Of a stretch of 58,286 bases of DNA, positions 49,234-58,286 are shown in pieces. Positions within the stretch are counted from its first letter, which is position 1. Each line of letters starts with the position of its first letter. Source of the DNA: Bacillota bacterium (lineage in GTDB: Bacteria; Bacillota_I; Bacilli_A; RF39; UBA660); the NCBI GenBank assembly GCA_015059155.1, contig SVAX01000004.1, forward strand, positions 1-58,286, written 5' to 3'. The position numbers and the translations under genes were made by a program. The notes beneath the pieces were generated by a model, which did no database searches, was not told where the DNA came from, and was given only the letters and a program-made list of their open reading frames with translations.

Positions 49234-49755
49234 ATGAGAACAATAATACATGATTTAAGTACAAAAGAATTAAACAAAATACAATTTAATAAAGATGATA
49301 AAGTCATATCTTCTTTAGATTGCACTAAAAATTGTATTGGTTGCTTTTCTTGTTGGATAAAACATCCTAAAAAATGTGCGATAAAAGATGAATTTTCTAA
49401 TATTGTTGAATTTATAAAAGATTCTGATGAACTTATATTAATAAGTAAGTGTAGATTTGGGTGTTATAGTAGTGAGGTTAAAAGAGTACTAGAAAGATGT
49501 ATAGGTTATGTTTTACCACACTTCACAATAAGAAATAATGAAATCCATCATCAAAGCAGATATAATAAAAGACTTAAATTATGCACATACTTTTATGGAA
49601 ACATTTTGGATTTAGACAAGAAATGTGTGGATAAGTTAGTAAAAGCCAATTCAATTAATCTAAATGCAAGTGAATATGAAGTAAACTATGTGGATAACTT
49701 AAAGGAGATAAAAAATGTACACATTGATAAATGGAAGTCCAAAACCAATAAATAG
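49234..49755 (+). CDS. Iron-sulfur flavoprotein-like / flavodoxin family protein
   Basis: CIGCFSCW.K.P..C..KD motif. Confidence 0.8.
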   Translation: MRTIIHDLSTKELNKIQFNKDDKVISSLDCTKNCIGCFSCWIKHPKKCAIKDEFSNIVEFIKDSDELILISKCRFGCYSSEVKRVLERCIGYVLPHFTIRNNEIHHQSRYNKRLKLCTYFYGNILDLDKKCVDKLVKANSINLNASEYEVNYVDNLKEIKNVHIDKWKSKTNK

Positions 49756-50317
49756 TAATTCATTGTATTTTTTAAAACTTATAAGTTCTAACATAAAAAA
49801 TTATAAAATATTTGAACTAAAAAATAGCAAATACGATGAAATATTAGATAGTATAAATAAGTCAGATGTATTGGTATTTTCTTTCCCACTTTATATAGAT
49901 TCTCCAACATCTATAACTCTTTCTTTTCTAGATTATATAATAGATAAAAAAATTAAATTGACTAATAAATTAGTTTATATAATTATTAACTGTGGATTTA
50001 GAGAAGGTGAGCAAAATATAACAGCTTTAAAAATTTTGAAGATGTGGTGTGAGAAAGTAGAAGCTATATACGGTTGTTCTGTTTTAATAGGTGCAGGAGA
50101 AATAGTAGGTAAAGAAAAATATAGATTAATATCTAGAAAGGCTTTAAAAGATATAAAAGAATTTTCTAATATAATAAAATTAAAAGAAAAAAGGAAAGAT
50201 ATAATAACTACAATGGATTTGTTAAATAATCGTATATATTGTTATATGGCGAATTTATCTTGGAATAGAAAAGGAAAAATAAATAAATTGTCTTATAATG
50301 ATTTAAGGGTTAAATAA
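49715..50317 (+). CDS. Flavodoxin-like NAD(P)H-dependent oxidoreductase
   Basis: INGSPK...SNS, FPLYID..., NCGF.E. Confidence 0.8.
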   Translation: MYTLINGSPKPINSNSLYFLKLISSNIKNYKIFELKNSKYDEILDSINKSDVLVFSFPLYIDSPTSITLSFLDYIIDKKIKLTNKLVYIIINCGFREGEQNITALKILKMWCEKVEAIYGCSVLIGAGEIVGKEKYRLISRKALKDIKEFSNIIKLKEKRKDIITTMDLLNNRIYCYMANLSWNRKGKINKLSYNDLRVK

Positions 50318-50385
50318 AGAATACTTTAAAGAGTATTTTTTTTGTGTTATAATTTATATATTAACTATAAATTAATAGGAGGATT

Positions 50386-51312
50386 ATGAAAAAGTTAACT
50401 TCAAAATTTATAAAAAGTGTTTCTAATAGAGAAATTAGCGTTAAAAAGAATTATAAATTATTTCGTGTTTTACAAAAAATAGTAAATAAACCTTCATTAA
50501 GAAATAAAAAACATAAAGATATTGTATTTAATTTAGAAAATAGGGATATTAAGTCAAGAGTTTTTTATCCAACCGGTAATAATAGAGGCTTAATTATATT
50601 TATTCATGGTGGTGGATGGGTATCAGGCTCTGTTGAATCATACACAAATCTTTGTACAGAACTATCTAATAAAACAAAAAGAATTGTCATTTCTGTTGAT
50701 TATAGATTAGCGCCAGAATATCCATATCCTAATGGATTTAATGATTGTTATGAAGTAGTTAAAATAATTATGGATAATTTAAATTCATACGGCTTAAAAA
50801 AACAAGATGTTTGCTTGATGGGAGATTCTGCTGGTGGTAATTTAGTAGCTGCTATTTCAATAAAATCAAAACGTAGAAAAGATTTTAATATAAGAAAACA
50901 AATATTACTTTACCCATCTTTACAAAGCGATTATTCTAATAGTACTAAGTATAAATCTGTTATAGAAAAAGGAAAAGATTATCTTCTAACACAAAAACAA
51001 TTACAAGATTATATATCTTTGTATGTTGCTAATTCCAAAGATTTAAGTAGCCCATATGTATCACCATTAAAAGCAAAATTTCTTTTATTTCAACCTGAAA
51101 CATTAATTATAACTGCAGATAATGATCCATTGAGGGATGAAGGAAAAAAATATGCTAGAAGACTAAAATTATATTTTAACAAAGTGCAATATTATAATTT
51201 AGAAGGTGCTATGCATGGGTTTATGAATAATTTATATGGAAAAAAATACAAGGATACAGCAGTCAAAAAAATAAATGAATTTTTAGGTGATATATATGAA
51301 GATAAAAAATAA
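50386..51312 (+). CDS. HSL-family alpha/beta hydrolase (esterase/lipase)
   Basis: HGGGW, DYRLAPE, GDSAGG, DPLRDEG, HGF. Confidence 0.95.
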   Translation: MKKLTSKFIKSVSNREISVKKNYKLFRVLQKIVNKPSLRNKKHKDIVFNLENRDIKSRVFYPTGNNRGLIIFIHGGGWVSGSVESYTNLCTELSNKTKRIVISVDYRLAPEYPYPNGFNDCYEVVKIIMDNLNSYGLKKQDVCLMGDSAGGNLVAAISIKSKRRKDFNIRKQILLYPSLQSDYSNSTKYKSVIEKGKDYLLTQKQLQDYISLYVANSKDLSSPYVSPLKAKFLLFQPETLIITADNDPLRDEGKKYARRLKLYFNKVQYYNLEGAMHGFMNNLYGKKYKDTAVKKINEFLGDIYEDKK

Positions 51313-52555
51313 AAAATGGTATAAGTTAGATAATGCAGCTAAAATTTTTCCTCCTAATATAAATAAAAAAGATTCTAAAGTATTTAGGTTTGCTTGTGAA
51401 TTGTATGAAGATATAGATAAAACTATTTTGCAAAATGCTTTAGATAAAACTTTAGAGGAATATCCTGTGTTTTTATCAAGTTTAAAAAAAGGATTATTTT
51501 GGTATTATTTGGAAACTTCTTCTGTGACGCCATTGGTTACAGAAGAAAATAAAGCTATATGTGATATTATCGATAAAGATCTTTTGTTTAGAGTTTCTTA
51601 TTATAAAAAAAGAATTAATTTAGAAGTAAATCATTCTTTAACAGATGGAACAGGAACTTTAGCTTTTCTTAAATCTTTAGTATCAAATTATCTAATAGAA
51701 AAATACAATATAAAATCTAAAATAATAATGGATACAACCTCAGTATATGAAAAAGAAATAGATAGTTTTGAAAAATATTATTCAAAAAACAAGAAAATAA
51801 ATCTAACAAAAAGTATAAAAGCTTATAATTTAAAGGGAGAAATGTATCCAGAAAATAGATTAAAAATAATTGAAGGTGTAGTATCAACTAAAAAGATAAT
51901 AGAGCTTGCAAAAAATTATAAAACGACTGTTACAGTTTATTTGACTAGTGTTTTAATTAAAAGTATCGGTGAAACGATGAGTGTTAAAGAAAGAAAAAAG
52001 CCGATAGTTGTTACAGTACCTGTTAATTTAAGAAAATATTTTAAGTCTAATACAGTAAGAAATTTTTTTAATACAATTAGTGTTAGATATAAAATGAATG
52101 GTAATGATAAGATAGAACAAATTATAGAAAGCGTTGATAAACAATTTAAACAATACTTGCAAATAGATAATTTAAATAAGCAAATGAATTCTTTTGCTGT
52201 ATTTGAAAATGTTTTTATAATTAGGCTTGTACCTGTATTTATCAAAGATGTTGTATTAAAGTATTTTCATAGCCGCTCTAGAAAAGAACAAACCATAGCG
52301 TTATCAAATATAGGCATAGTAGAAATGCCTAAGGAATTACAAAAATATATTAAATTATTTGATGTTTTTGCTAGTACTGATTGTACACAGATATGTATGT
52401 GTTCTTATCTGGATAATATGGTTTTGTCTTTTACAACACACTTTGTTGATTCAGAAATAGAGAAAAATTTCTTTAAAATATTAAATAAAAATGATATAGA
52501 AATAGTTATAAATACCAATATAGTTGAGGATGATGATTATGAAGAAGTGTTATAA
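51296..52555 (+). CDS. Condensation-like/alcohol acetyltransferase family acyltransferase
   Basis: LDNAAKIFP, HSLTDGTG (HxxxDG), PVNLRKYF.S.T.RNF, SNIG. Confidence 0.8.
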   Translation: MKIKNKKWYKLDNAAKIFPPNINKKDSKVFRFACELYEDIDKTILQNALDKTLEEYPVFLSSLKKGLFWYYLETSSVTPLVTEENKAICDIIDKDLLFRVSYYKKRINLEVNHSLTDGTGTLAFLKSLVSNYLIEKYNIKSKIIMDTTSVYEKEIDSFEKYYSKNKKINLTKSIKAYNLKGEMYPENRLKIIEGVVSTKKIIELAKNYKTTVTVYLTSVLIKSIGETMSVKERKKPIVVTVPVNLRKYFKSNTVRNFFNTISVRYKMNGNDKIEQIIESVDKQFKQYLQIDNLNKQMNSFAVFENVFIIRLVPVFIKDVVLKYFHSRSRKEQTIALSNIGIVEMPKELQKYIKLFDVFASTDCTQICMCSYLDNMVLSFTTHFVDSEIEKNFFKILNKNDIEIVINTNIVEDDDYEEVL

Positions 52556-53201
52556 ATGTAATGTATCTATTAATTCCAATATATCAAAATGCCCTTTATG
52601 TAAGAGTAATATAGAAGATAATGCTAATGAAGAAAGTGTATTTCCTATAATTCCTAATCTTTATATGAAACATAAACTATTCTATAAGTGCTTGTTATTT
52701 ATTTCTATTTTAAGTAGTGTATTGTGTATCATTATTAATTATCTAGTAAGTGATAAAATTAGTTGGGCTTGTTTTGTTGTAGCAGGAATTATTTCTTTTT
52801 GGATAACTTTTGTAATTGGTGTTAAGAACAGAAATAATTTTATGAGGCTACTTTTTGCAGAAATGATTTTAATTTTAATTGCATCGATTATATGGGATTA
52901 TTTTACTGGATGGCATTTTTGGAGTATTACTTTTGTATTGCCGTTTTTATGTATATCATATATATCTACTTTGTTTTTCTTAAGAATATTTTTAAAAAAT
53001 ATATTTAAGGATCATATAATATATATTTATATTAATTGTTTAATCGGGTTAATTCCACTATATTTTATATTTAAAGATTTTCTTTCAATTAAATGGCCTT
53101 CAATTGTTTGTATAACAATAAGTATACTAGCTATACTTGCTTTAGCGATATTTAATCATAAACAAATGAAAAATGAATTAGAAAGAAGATTACATATTTA
53201 A
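52539..53201 (+). CDS. Zn-ribbon + 6-TM membrane protein (DUF6320-like)
   Basis: CYKC..CPLC, multiple TMs, ELERRLHI end. Confidence 0.75.
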   Translation: MKKCYKCNVSINSNISKCPLCKSNIEDNANEESVFPIIPNLYMKHKLFYKCLLFISILSSVLCIIINYLVSDKISWACFVVAGIISFWITFVIGVKNRNNFMRLLFAEMILILIASIIWDYFTGWHFWSITFVLPFLCISYISTLFFLRIFLKNIFKDHIIYIYINCLIGLIPLYFIFKDFLSIKWPSIVCITISILAILALAIFNHKQMKNELERRLHI

Positions 53202-53366
53202 GATATAAATTAGCATTTATATCTTTTTAATATAATTAGATTAAGGATATAATAACCCTATTTTTGAAATTGATAATTTAAAAAGGTAACAATTTTCAAA
53301 AATCAACTAATGAAGTTGGAGAACAATTTAAAGAATCTTTAACGGTTACTCAAAACAAAAAAATAA

Positions 53367-54293
53367 CTATTGATTAATTTCAATAGTTATTTTGTTTATA
53401 TATTTACAAGCGTTAAGTGCAGCAATCGTACCATCACTACAAGCTGTAGTTAATTGCCTAATAGGTTTAATTCTTACATCTCCAGCAGCAAATATACCGT
53501 CTATGTTTGTAGTACAATCTTCATTAGCTATAATATAACCTTTGCCATCTGTCTTAACTAAATTTTTACACATACTAGAAACAGGAATATGTCCTATAGC
53601 TATAAATAATCCATCTATTTCTAAAGTACTTTCTTTATTAGTTTCGTTATTTTTGATAGTTATGCTTTCTAACTTATCTTGGCCTTTTATATCAACTATA
53701 TTTGAATCTAATACAAAATATACGTTATCTCTTTGTTTTAATTTATCTAAATTAATAGAATCTATTTTAAAATCTTTTTGTCTATATATAACATATACCT
53801 TACTTGCGATATCGCTTAAATATAAAGCATCATCTATAGCGTTATTTCCACCGCCAGTAATAGCAACAACTTTTTCTTTATAAAATACACCATCACAGGT
53901 AGAACAATAAGAAATGCCTCTACCAATTAATTTATCTTCGTTACTAAGCCCTAATTTTCTATTTTTAGATCCTGTAGCTATTATAACGGTTTTTGATTTA
54001 TAAGAATTTTTGTTAGTTATAATTTCTTTAAAATCTTTTTTATTTTTTATTTGTAATACTTCTTCAAATTTTATGTCTGGGTTAAACTTTTTTACTTGAT
54101 TATATAATTTAGTAGCATATTCATATCCTGATATTTCTTCAAATCCAGGATAATTTTTTACTTTATCAGCACTAACTATTTGACCACCGTATACTGATTT
54201 TTCTAAAAGTAATATTTTTTTTCTAGCTTGCGAAGCATATATAGCAGCAGTCATTCCGGCTGGACCGGCACCTATAATAATAATATCGTACAT
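53367..54293 (-). CDS. trxB: Thioredoxin reductase
   Basis: GAGPAG, GISYCSTCDG, GGGN.A, AAGD. Confidence 0.93.
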   Translation of the reverse strand: MYDIIIIGAGPAGMTAAIYASQARKKILLLEKSVYGGQIVSADKVKNYPGFEEISGYEYATKLYNQVKKFNPDIKFEEVLQIKNKKDFKEIITNKNSYKSKTVIIATGSKNRKLGLSNEDKLIGRGISYCSTCDGVFYKEKVVAITGGGNNAIDDALYLSDIASKVYVIYRQKDFKIDSINLDKLKQRDNVYFVLDSNIVDIKGQDKLESITIKNNETNKESTLEIDGLFIAIGHIPVSSMCKNLVKTDGKGYIIANEDCTTNIDGIFAAGDVRIKPIRQLTTACSDGTIAALNACKYINKITIEINQ

Positions 54294-54601
54294 TAATTGT
54301 CTCCTAAAAATTCAATTAATGAATCCTCATCCATAAACCCTATATTTCTTTTTAGTTCTTGTCCATCTTTAAAAAGTATTGTAGTAGGTATAGACATAAC
54401 ACCTAATTTTCTAGAAATATCTTCTTTATCATCATCGACGTTTAATTTACAAAATTTAATATCGTTATTTATTTTAGAAGCATTTTCAAATATAGGCCCA
54501 AACATTTTACAAGGACCACACCAAGGAGCCCAAAAATCTACAACAGTTAAGCCTTTGTTATTCAGAACTTCGTTTTTAAAATTATTTTCAATATTTATCA
54601 T
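54293..54601 (-). CDS. trxA: Thioredoxin
   Basis: DFWAPWCGPC, SIPT. Confidence 0.95.
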   Translation of the reverse strand: MINIENNFKNEVLNNKGLTVVDFWAPWCGPCKMFGPIFENASKINNDIKFCKLNVDDDKEDISRKLGVMSIPTTILFKDGQELKRNIGFMDEDSLIEFLGDN

Positions 54602-54688
54602 ATTAATACCTCCATTATTTATATTTTACTAAATTAAAGAGTTAAATACAATATAAAACAAAAAAAATAAAAAAAGTTCAAAAAAGTG

Positions 54689-54717
54689 TTGATTTTTTTG
54701 TGAAAATAACGTATAAT
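54689..54717 (+). promoter_or_regulatory. SigA promoter of S10 operon
   Basis: TTGATT-N17-TATAAT with A-tract UP region. Confidence 0.75.
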
Positions 54718-54729
54718 TTTGTATGTGTG

Positions 54730-54835
54730 ACGTGCGAAGATGTGTGAGGTTGCTGATACACCAGGTTAAGTTGTTATACAAAATAATCTGAAAATCAGGT
54801 TTTTACACGGAGCAAGTCTATACTGGATATAGACG
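54730..54835 (+). promoter_or_regulatory. S10 operon structured leader
   Basis: gatgtgtgaggttgctgatacacc...cacggagcaagtc resembles Firmicutes rpsJ leaders. Confidence 0.55.
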
Positions 54836-54850
54836 AAGGGAGGATACAAG

Positions 54851-55159
54851 ATGTCAAAAACTAAAATTCGTATCAAATTAAAAGCGTTTGAACATAAAAG
54901 TTTAGACAAAGCTTGCGCTAAAATCGTTGAAACAGTTAAGAGAAATGGTGGTACAGTTGTTGGACCAGTTCCACTACCAACTGAAATTGAAAAAATCACT
55001 ATCTTAAGAGCTGTTCACAAATACAAAGATTCACGTGAGCAATTTGAGAGAAGAACACACAAAAGACTAGTAGATATCGTTGATCCATCAAAGGAAACTA
55101 TTGAAGCTCTAGCTCATTTAGATATTCCGAGTGGTGTAGATATCAAAATTATTAAATAA
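54851..55159 (+). CDS. rpsJ: 30S ribosomal protein S10
   Basis: [27 protein letters not shown]. Confidence 0.98.
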   Translation: MSKTKIRIKLKAFEHKSLDKACAKIVETVKRNGGTVVGPVPLPTEIEKITILRAVHKYKDSREQFERRTHKRLVDIVDPSKETIEALAHLDIPSGVDIKIIK

Positions 55160-55173
55160 TAGGAGGAGAAAAT

Positions 55174-55914
55174 ATGAAAGGAATCTTAGGTCGTAAAATT
55201 GGAATGACTCAAGTATTTACAGAATCTGGTAAATTAATTCCTGTAACTGTTGTTGAAGTTGAGAAAAATGTAGTTACTCAAATCAAAACTAAAGAAAACG
55301 ATGGTTATGAAGCAATTCAATTAGGGTTTGGAAATACAAGAGAAAAGTTAGCGACTAAAGCTTCTGCTGGTCACACAGCAAAAGCACAAACTACACCTAA
55401 GCGCTTCTTTAGAGAAATAAAAGGTGTAGATATCAATTCATATACTCTAGGACAAGAAATATCAGCTGATATTTTCACTCCAGGAGAAGTGGTTGATGTA
55501 ACTGGAACTACTAAAGGTAAAGGGTTCCAAGGTGTTATTAAAAGACACGGACAAAGTAGAGGTCCTATGGGACATGGTTCACATTATCATAGAAGACCAG
55601 GTTCAATGGGTACAATGAGACCGATGCGTGTTTTTAAAGGTAAAAAACTTGCAGGTCATATGGGAACACTTACAGTAACTATTCAAAACCTTGAAGTTGT
55701 TGCTGTAGATACTGAAAACAATGTAATATTAATAAGCGGTAATATACCAGGACCTAAAAAAGGTTTAGTAATTATTAAGAGCGCTGTTAAAGCAAATGGA
55801 AAAATCAACGAAATGGAAAACTTAGTTTCTTATGAAGTTGAGGAACCAATTGTTGAAACACCAGTGGTTGAAGAAGTTGTTGAAGCAACTGAAACTACTA
55901 AGGAAGAAAATTAG
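55174..55914 (+). CDS. rplC: 50S ribosomal protein L3
   Basis: [19 protein letters not shown]. Confidence 0.98.
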   Translation: MKGILGRKIGMTQVFTESGKLIPVTVVEVEKNVVTQIKTKENDGYEAIQLGFGNTREKLATKASAGHTAKAQTTPKRFFREIKGVDINSYTLGQEISADIFTPGEVVDVTGTTKGKGFQGVIKRHGQSRGPMGHGSHYHRRPGSMGTMRPMRVFKGKKLAGHMGTLTVTIQNLEVVAVDTENNVILISGNIPGPKKGLVIIKSAVKANGKINEMENLVSYEVEEPIVETPVVEEVVEATETTKEEN

Positions 55915-55931
55915 TAGGGAGGATACATAAT

Positions 55932-56555
55932 ATGGCAAAATTAAATGTATTAAACACAAATGGTGAAAAAGTTAAAGATATTACATTAAACAAAGAAGTA
56001 TTTGGTATAGTTCCAAACGATGCGGTATTATATGATGCGATTAAATTAGCTCAAAATAATGCTCGTCAAGCTACAAAAGGTGTTAAAGGACGTTCTGATG
56101 TTTCTGGTGGAGGAAGAAAACCATGGAGACAAAAAGGAACTGGACGTGCTCGTCAAGGTTCTACAAGAGCGCCACATTGGTATCATGGTGGTTGGGCATT
56201 TGGTAACCAATCAAGAAACTATGAAGTTAAACAAAACAGAAAAGAAAGAGCTTTAGCTTTAAAATCTGCTTTAGCTTACAAAGTTATCAACAAAGAATTA
56301 GTTGTTGTTGATTCATTAAATGTTGAAACTAATAAAACTAAAGATATGAAAAATATCTTAGCTAATTTTAAAGTTGAAAGAAACGTTTTAATAGTTGTTT
56401 CTGAATTAAATGAAAATTTAGTTTTAGCTACTCGTAACTTAAACAATGTTTTATTACTTGAAGCTAGTGAAATAAATGTATTAGATTTAGTTTCTGCTAA
56501 CTTAGTAATAGTAGAAGAATCTGCTATGAAAGAAATAGAGGAGGCTTTAGTATAA
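55932..56555 (+). CDS. rplD: 50S ribosomal protein L4
   Basis: [19 protein letters not shown]. Confidence 0.98.
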   Translation: MAKLNVLNTNGEKVKDITLNKEVFGIVPNDAVLYDAIKLAQNNARQATKGVKGRSDVSGGGRKPWRQKGTGRARQGSTRAPHWYHGGWAFGNQSRNYEVKQNRKERALALKSALAYKVINKELVVVDSLNVETNKTKDMKNILANFKVERNVLIVVSELNENLVLATRNLNNVLLLEASEINVLDLVSANLVIVEESAMKEIEEALV

Positions 56556-56836
56556 TGAATAATTATAGAGATGTTATAAAAGCTCCGATTATTACTGAAA
56601 AATCTGCAACTTTAAGTGAAAATGGAAACGTTATTACTTTAAGTGTAGATCCAAAAGCAAATAAAACACAAATTAAACAAGCTGTAGAAAAAATCTTCGA
56701 TGTTAAAGTTGAAAAAGTTAATACAGTTAACGTTAAACCAAAAACTAAAAGAGTTGGACGTTATTCAGGATTAACTAACAGAAAGAAAAAAGCTATAGTT
56801 AAATTAAAAGAAGGAAGTTCAATAGAACTTAACTAA
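56555..56836 (+). CDS. rplW: 50S ribosomal protein L23
   Basis: [22 protein letters not shown]. Confidence 0.98.
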   Translation: MNNYRDVIKAPIITEKSATLSENGNVITLSVDPKANKTQIKQAVEKIFDVKVEKVNTVNVKPKTKRVGRYSGLTNRKKKAIVKLKEGSSIELN

Positions 56837-56854
56837 TCTAGAGGAGGAAATACA

Positions 56855-57685
56855 ATGGCAATCAAAAGTTATAAATCAACAACTAATGGTAGACGTGGTA
56901 TGACTACTTTAGATAATAGTGGATTAACTAAAGTAGCACCAGAGAAATCACTACTTGTTACATTAAAGAAAAATGGTGGACGTAATAATCAAGGTAAAAT
57001 AACTGTTCGTCATCAAGGCGGAGGAGCTAAAAGAAAATATCGTATTATCGATTTCAAAAGAATTAAAGATGATGTAGTTGCAACAGTAGCATCTATAGAA
57101 TACGATCCAAATAGAACAGCTAATATTGCTTTAATTAAATACGCTGATGGAGAAAAAGCTTATATAATTGCTCCAAAAGGATTAAAAGTAGGGGATAAAG
57201 TTGAAAGTGGTGTTAATGCAGATATCAAAATTGGTAACTGCTTACCATTAGCAAATATTCCAGAAGGTACATTAGTTCACAATGTTGAATTAAAATCTGG
57301 AAAAGGAGCTCAAATGGCTCGTTCTGCAGGTTCAAGTGTTCAAATACTTGGATTTGAAGGGAAATATGCATTACTTCGTTTAGCCAGTGGAGAAGTTCGT
57401 AAAGTATTAAGTACTTGTCGTGCGACTATTGGTGAAGTAGGAAATGAAGATCATGAATTAGTAAATTTAGGTAAAGCTGGTCGTAAAAGACATATGGGTA
57501 TTAGACCTACAGTTCGTGGATCAGTTATGAACCCTAATGATCACCCTCATGGTGGTGGTGAAGGTAGAGCTCCAATCGGACATAAAGGACCTCTTACACC
57601 TTGGGGTAAACCTGCACTTGGATATAAAACTCGTAAAGGTAAAAAACAATCAGATGACTTAATAGTACATCGCCGTAAAAAATAG
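56855..57685 (+). CDS. rplB: 50S ribosomal protein L2
   Basis: [29 protein letters not shown]. Confidence 0.98.
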   Translation: MAIKSYKSTTNGRRGMTTLDNSGLTKVAPEKSLLVTLKKNGGRNNQGKITVRHQGGGAKRKYRIIDFKRIKDDVVATVASIEYDPNRTANIALIKYADGEKAYIIAPKGLKVGDKVESGVNADIKIGNCLPLANIPEGTLVHNVELKSGKGAQMARSAGSSVQILGFEGKYALLRLASGEVRKVLSTCRATIGEVGNEDHELVNLGKAGRKRHMGIRPTVRGSVMNPNDHPHGGGEGRAPIGHKGPLTPWGKPALGYKTRKGKKQSDDLIVHRRKK

Positions 57686-57701
57686 GAAAGGATGGTAGAA
57701 A

Positions 57702-57974
57702 ATGGCTAGAAGTTTAAAAAAAGGACCTTTTGTAGATGAAAGTCTAATGAAAAAAGTTCAAAAAGTAAATGAATCTGAGAAAAAAGAAGTTATTAAAACT
57801 TGGTCACGCCGTTCAACAATATTTCCTGAATTTATAGGTAACACATTTGCTGTTCACAACGGTAAAGAATTTGTTCCAGTTTATGTTACTGAAGATATGG
57901 TAGGACATAAATTAGGTGAATTCGCTCTTACTCGTAAATTCGGTGGTCACGGTGATGACAAAGGTAAAAAATAA
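57702..57974 (+). CDS. rpsS: 30S ribosomal protein S19
   Basis: [21 protein letters not shown]. Confidence 0.98.
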   Translation: MARSLKKGPFVDESLMKKVQKVNESEKKEVIKTWSRRSTIFPEFIGNTFAVHNGKEFVPVYVTEDMVGHKLGEFALTRKFGGHGDDKGKK

Positions 57975-57997
57975 AAACCTAGGAAGGATGAATTATA

Positions 57998-58286
57998 ATG
58001 GAAGCAAAAGCAATCGCAAGGGGACTTAGAATCCCTCCACGTAAAGCTCGTCTAGTAATTGATCTAGTACGTGGTAAAAACGTGGCAGAAGCAGATAGAA
58101 TTTGTAGAAACTACAATAGTAAAGCTGCTAGATTAACTTTAAAAGTGTTAACTTCTGCTGTAGCAAATGCTGAAAACAACTTAGGTTTAGATAAAACTAA
58201 ATTATATGTTAGTAAAGCATATGTTGATGAAGGACAAACATTAAAAAGAATGAAATTTGGTTCTCGTGGACACGTAGATCCAATTA
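57998..58286 (+). CDS. rplV: 50S ribosomal protein L22 (partial, runs off the window)
   Basis: MEAKAIARGLRIPPRKARLVIDLVRGK...SAVANAENN. Confidence 0.96.
   Translation, partial: MEAKAIARGLRIPPRKARLVIDLVRGKNVAEADRICRNYNSKAARLTLKVLTSAVANAENNLGLDKTKLYVSKAYVDEGQTLKRMKFGSRGHVDPI

Noticed and set aside
49079-54601. Genomic island integrated at tRNA-His
   Set aside because: No integrase and no duplicated tRNA 3' end found downstream; cannot be supported.
1-58286. Mycoplasma-type genetic code (UGA=Trp)
   Set aside because: Conserved Trp residues use TGG, genes are full length under code 11, and TGA serves as a stop (e.g. mazF, DUF421).

Overview
Very AT-rich, genetic-code-11 Firmicutes (Bacilli-like) chromosome segment with a reduced gene set, cell-wall genes and sporulation genes. 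An RF39-like gut lineage is my inference. Bases 1 to ~14.6-14.9 kb are the right end of an integrative, probably conjugative element: tail of a CHAP-type conjugation hydrolase, a cassette-like block of membrane/secreted proteins and membrane-tethered XRE regulators, a sigma-70-region-4 activator, a ~280-nt highly structured non-coding region with a boxA-like site, an orphan MazF/PemK, an excisionase and two tandem intact tyrosine integrases. The element abuts uvrB, whose first ~99 codons have a clearly different codon signature, suggesting it integrates inside uvrB and supplies a replacement 5' end. The rest is mostly core genome: lgt, ung, spoIIR, murA, rpmE, typA, ddl, parAB, ychF, rpsF-ssb-rpsR, an extra RpoD-like sigma, FemAB/MurJ, spoIID-spoIIQ-spoIIID-mbl, cotJ, tRNA-His, trxAB and the start of the S10 operon. 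It also holds an Rpn-family gene with a likely internal antitoxin start. All calls are from manual reading; no database searches were run.
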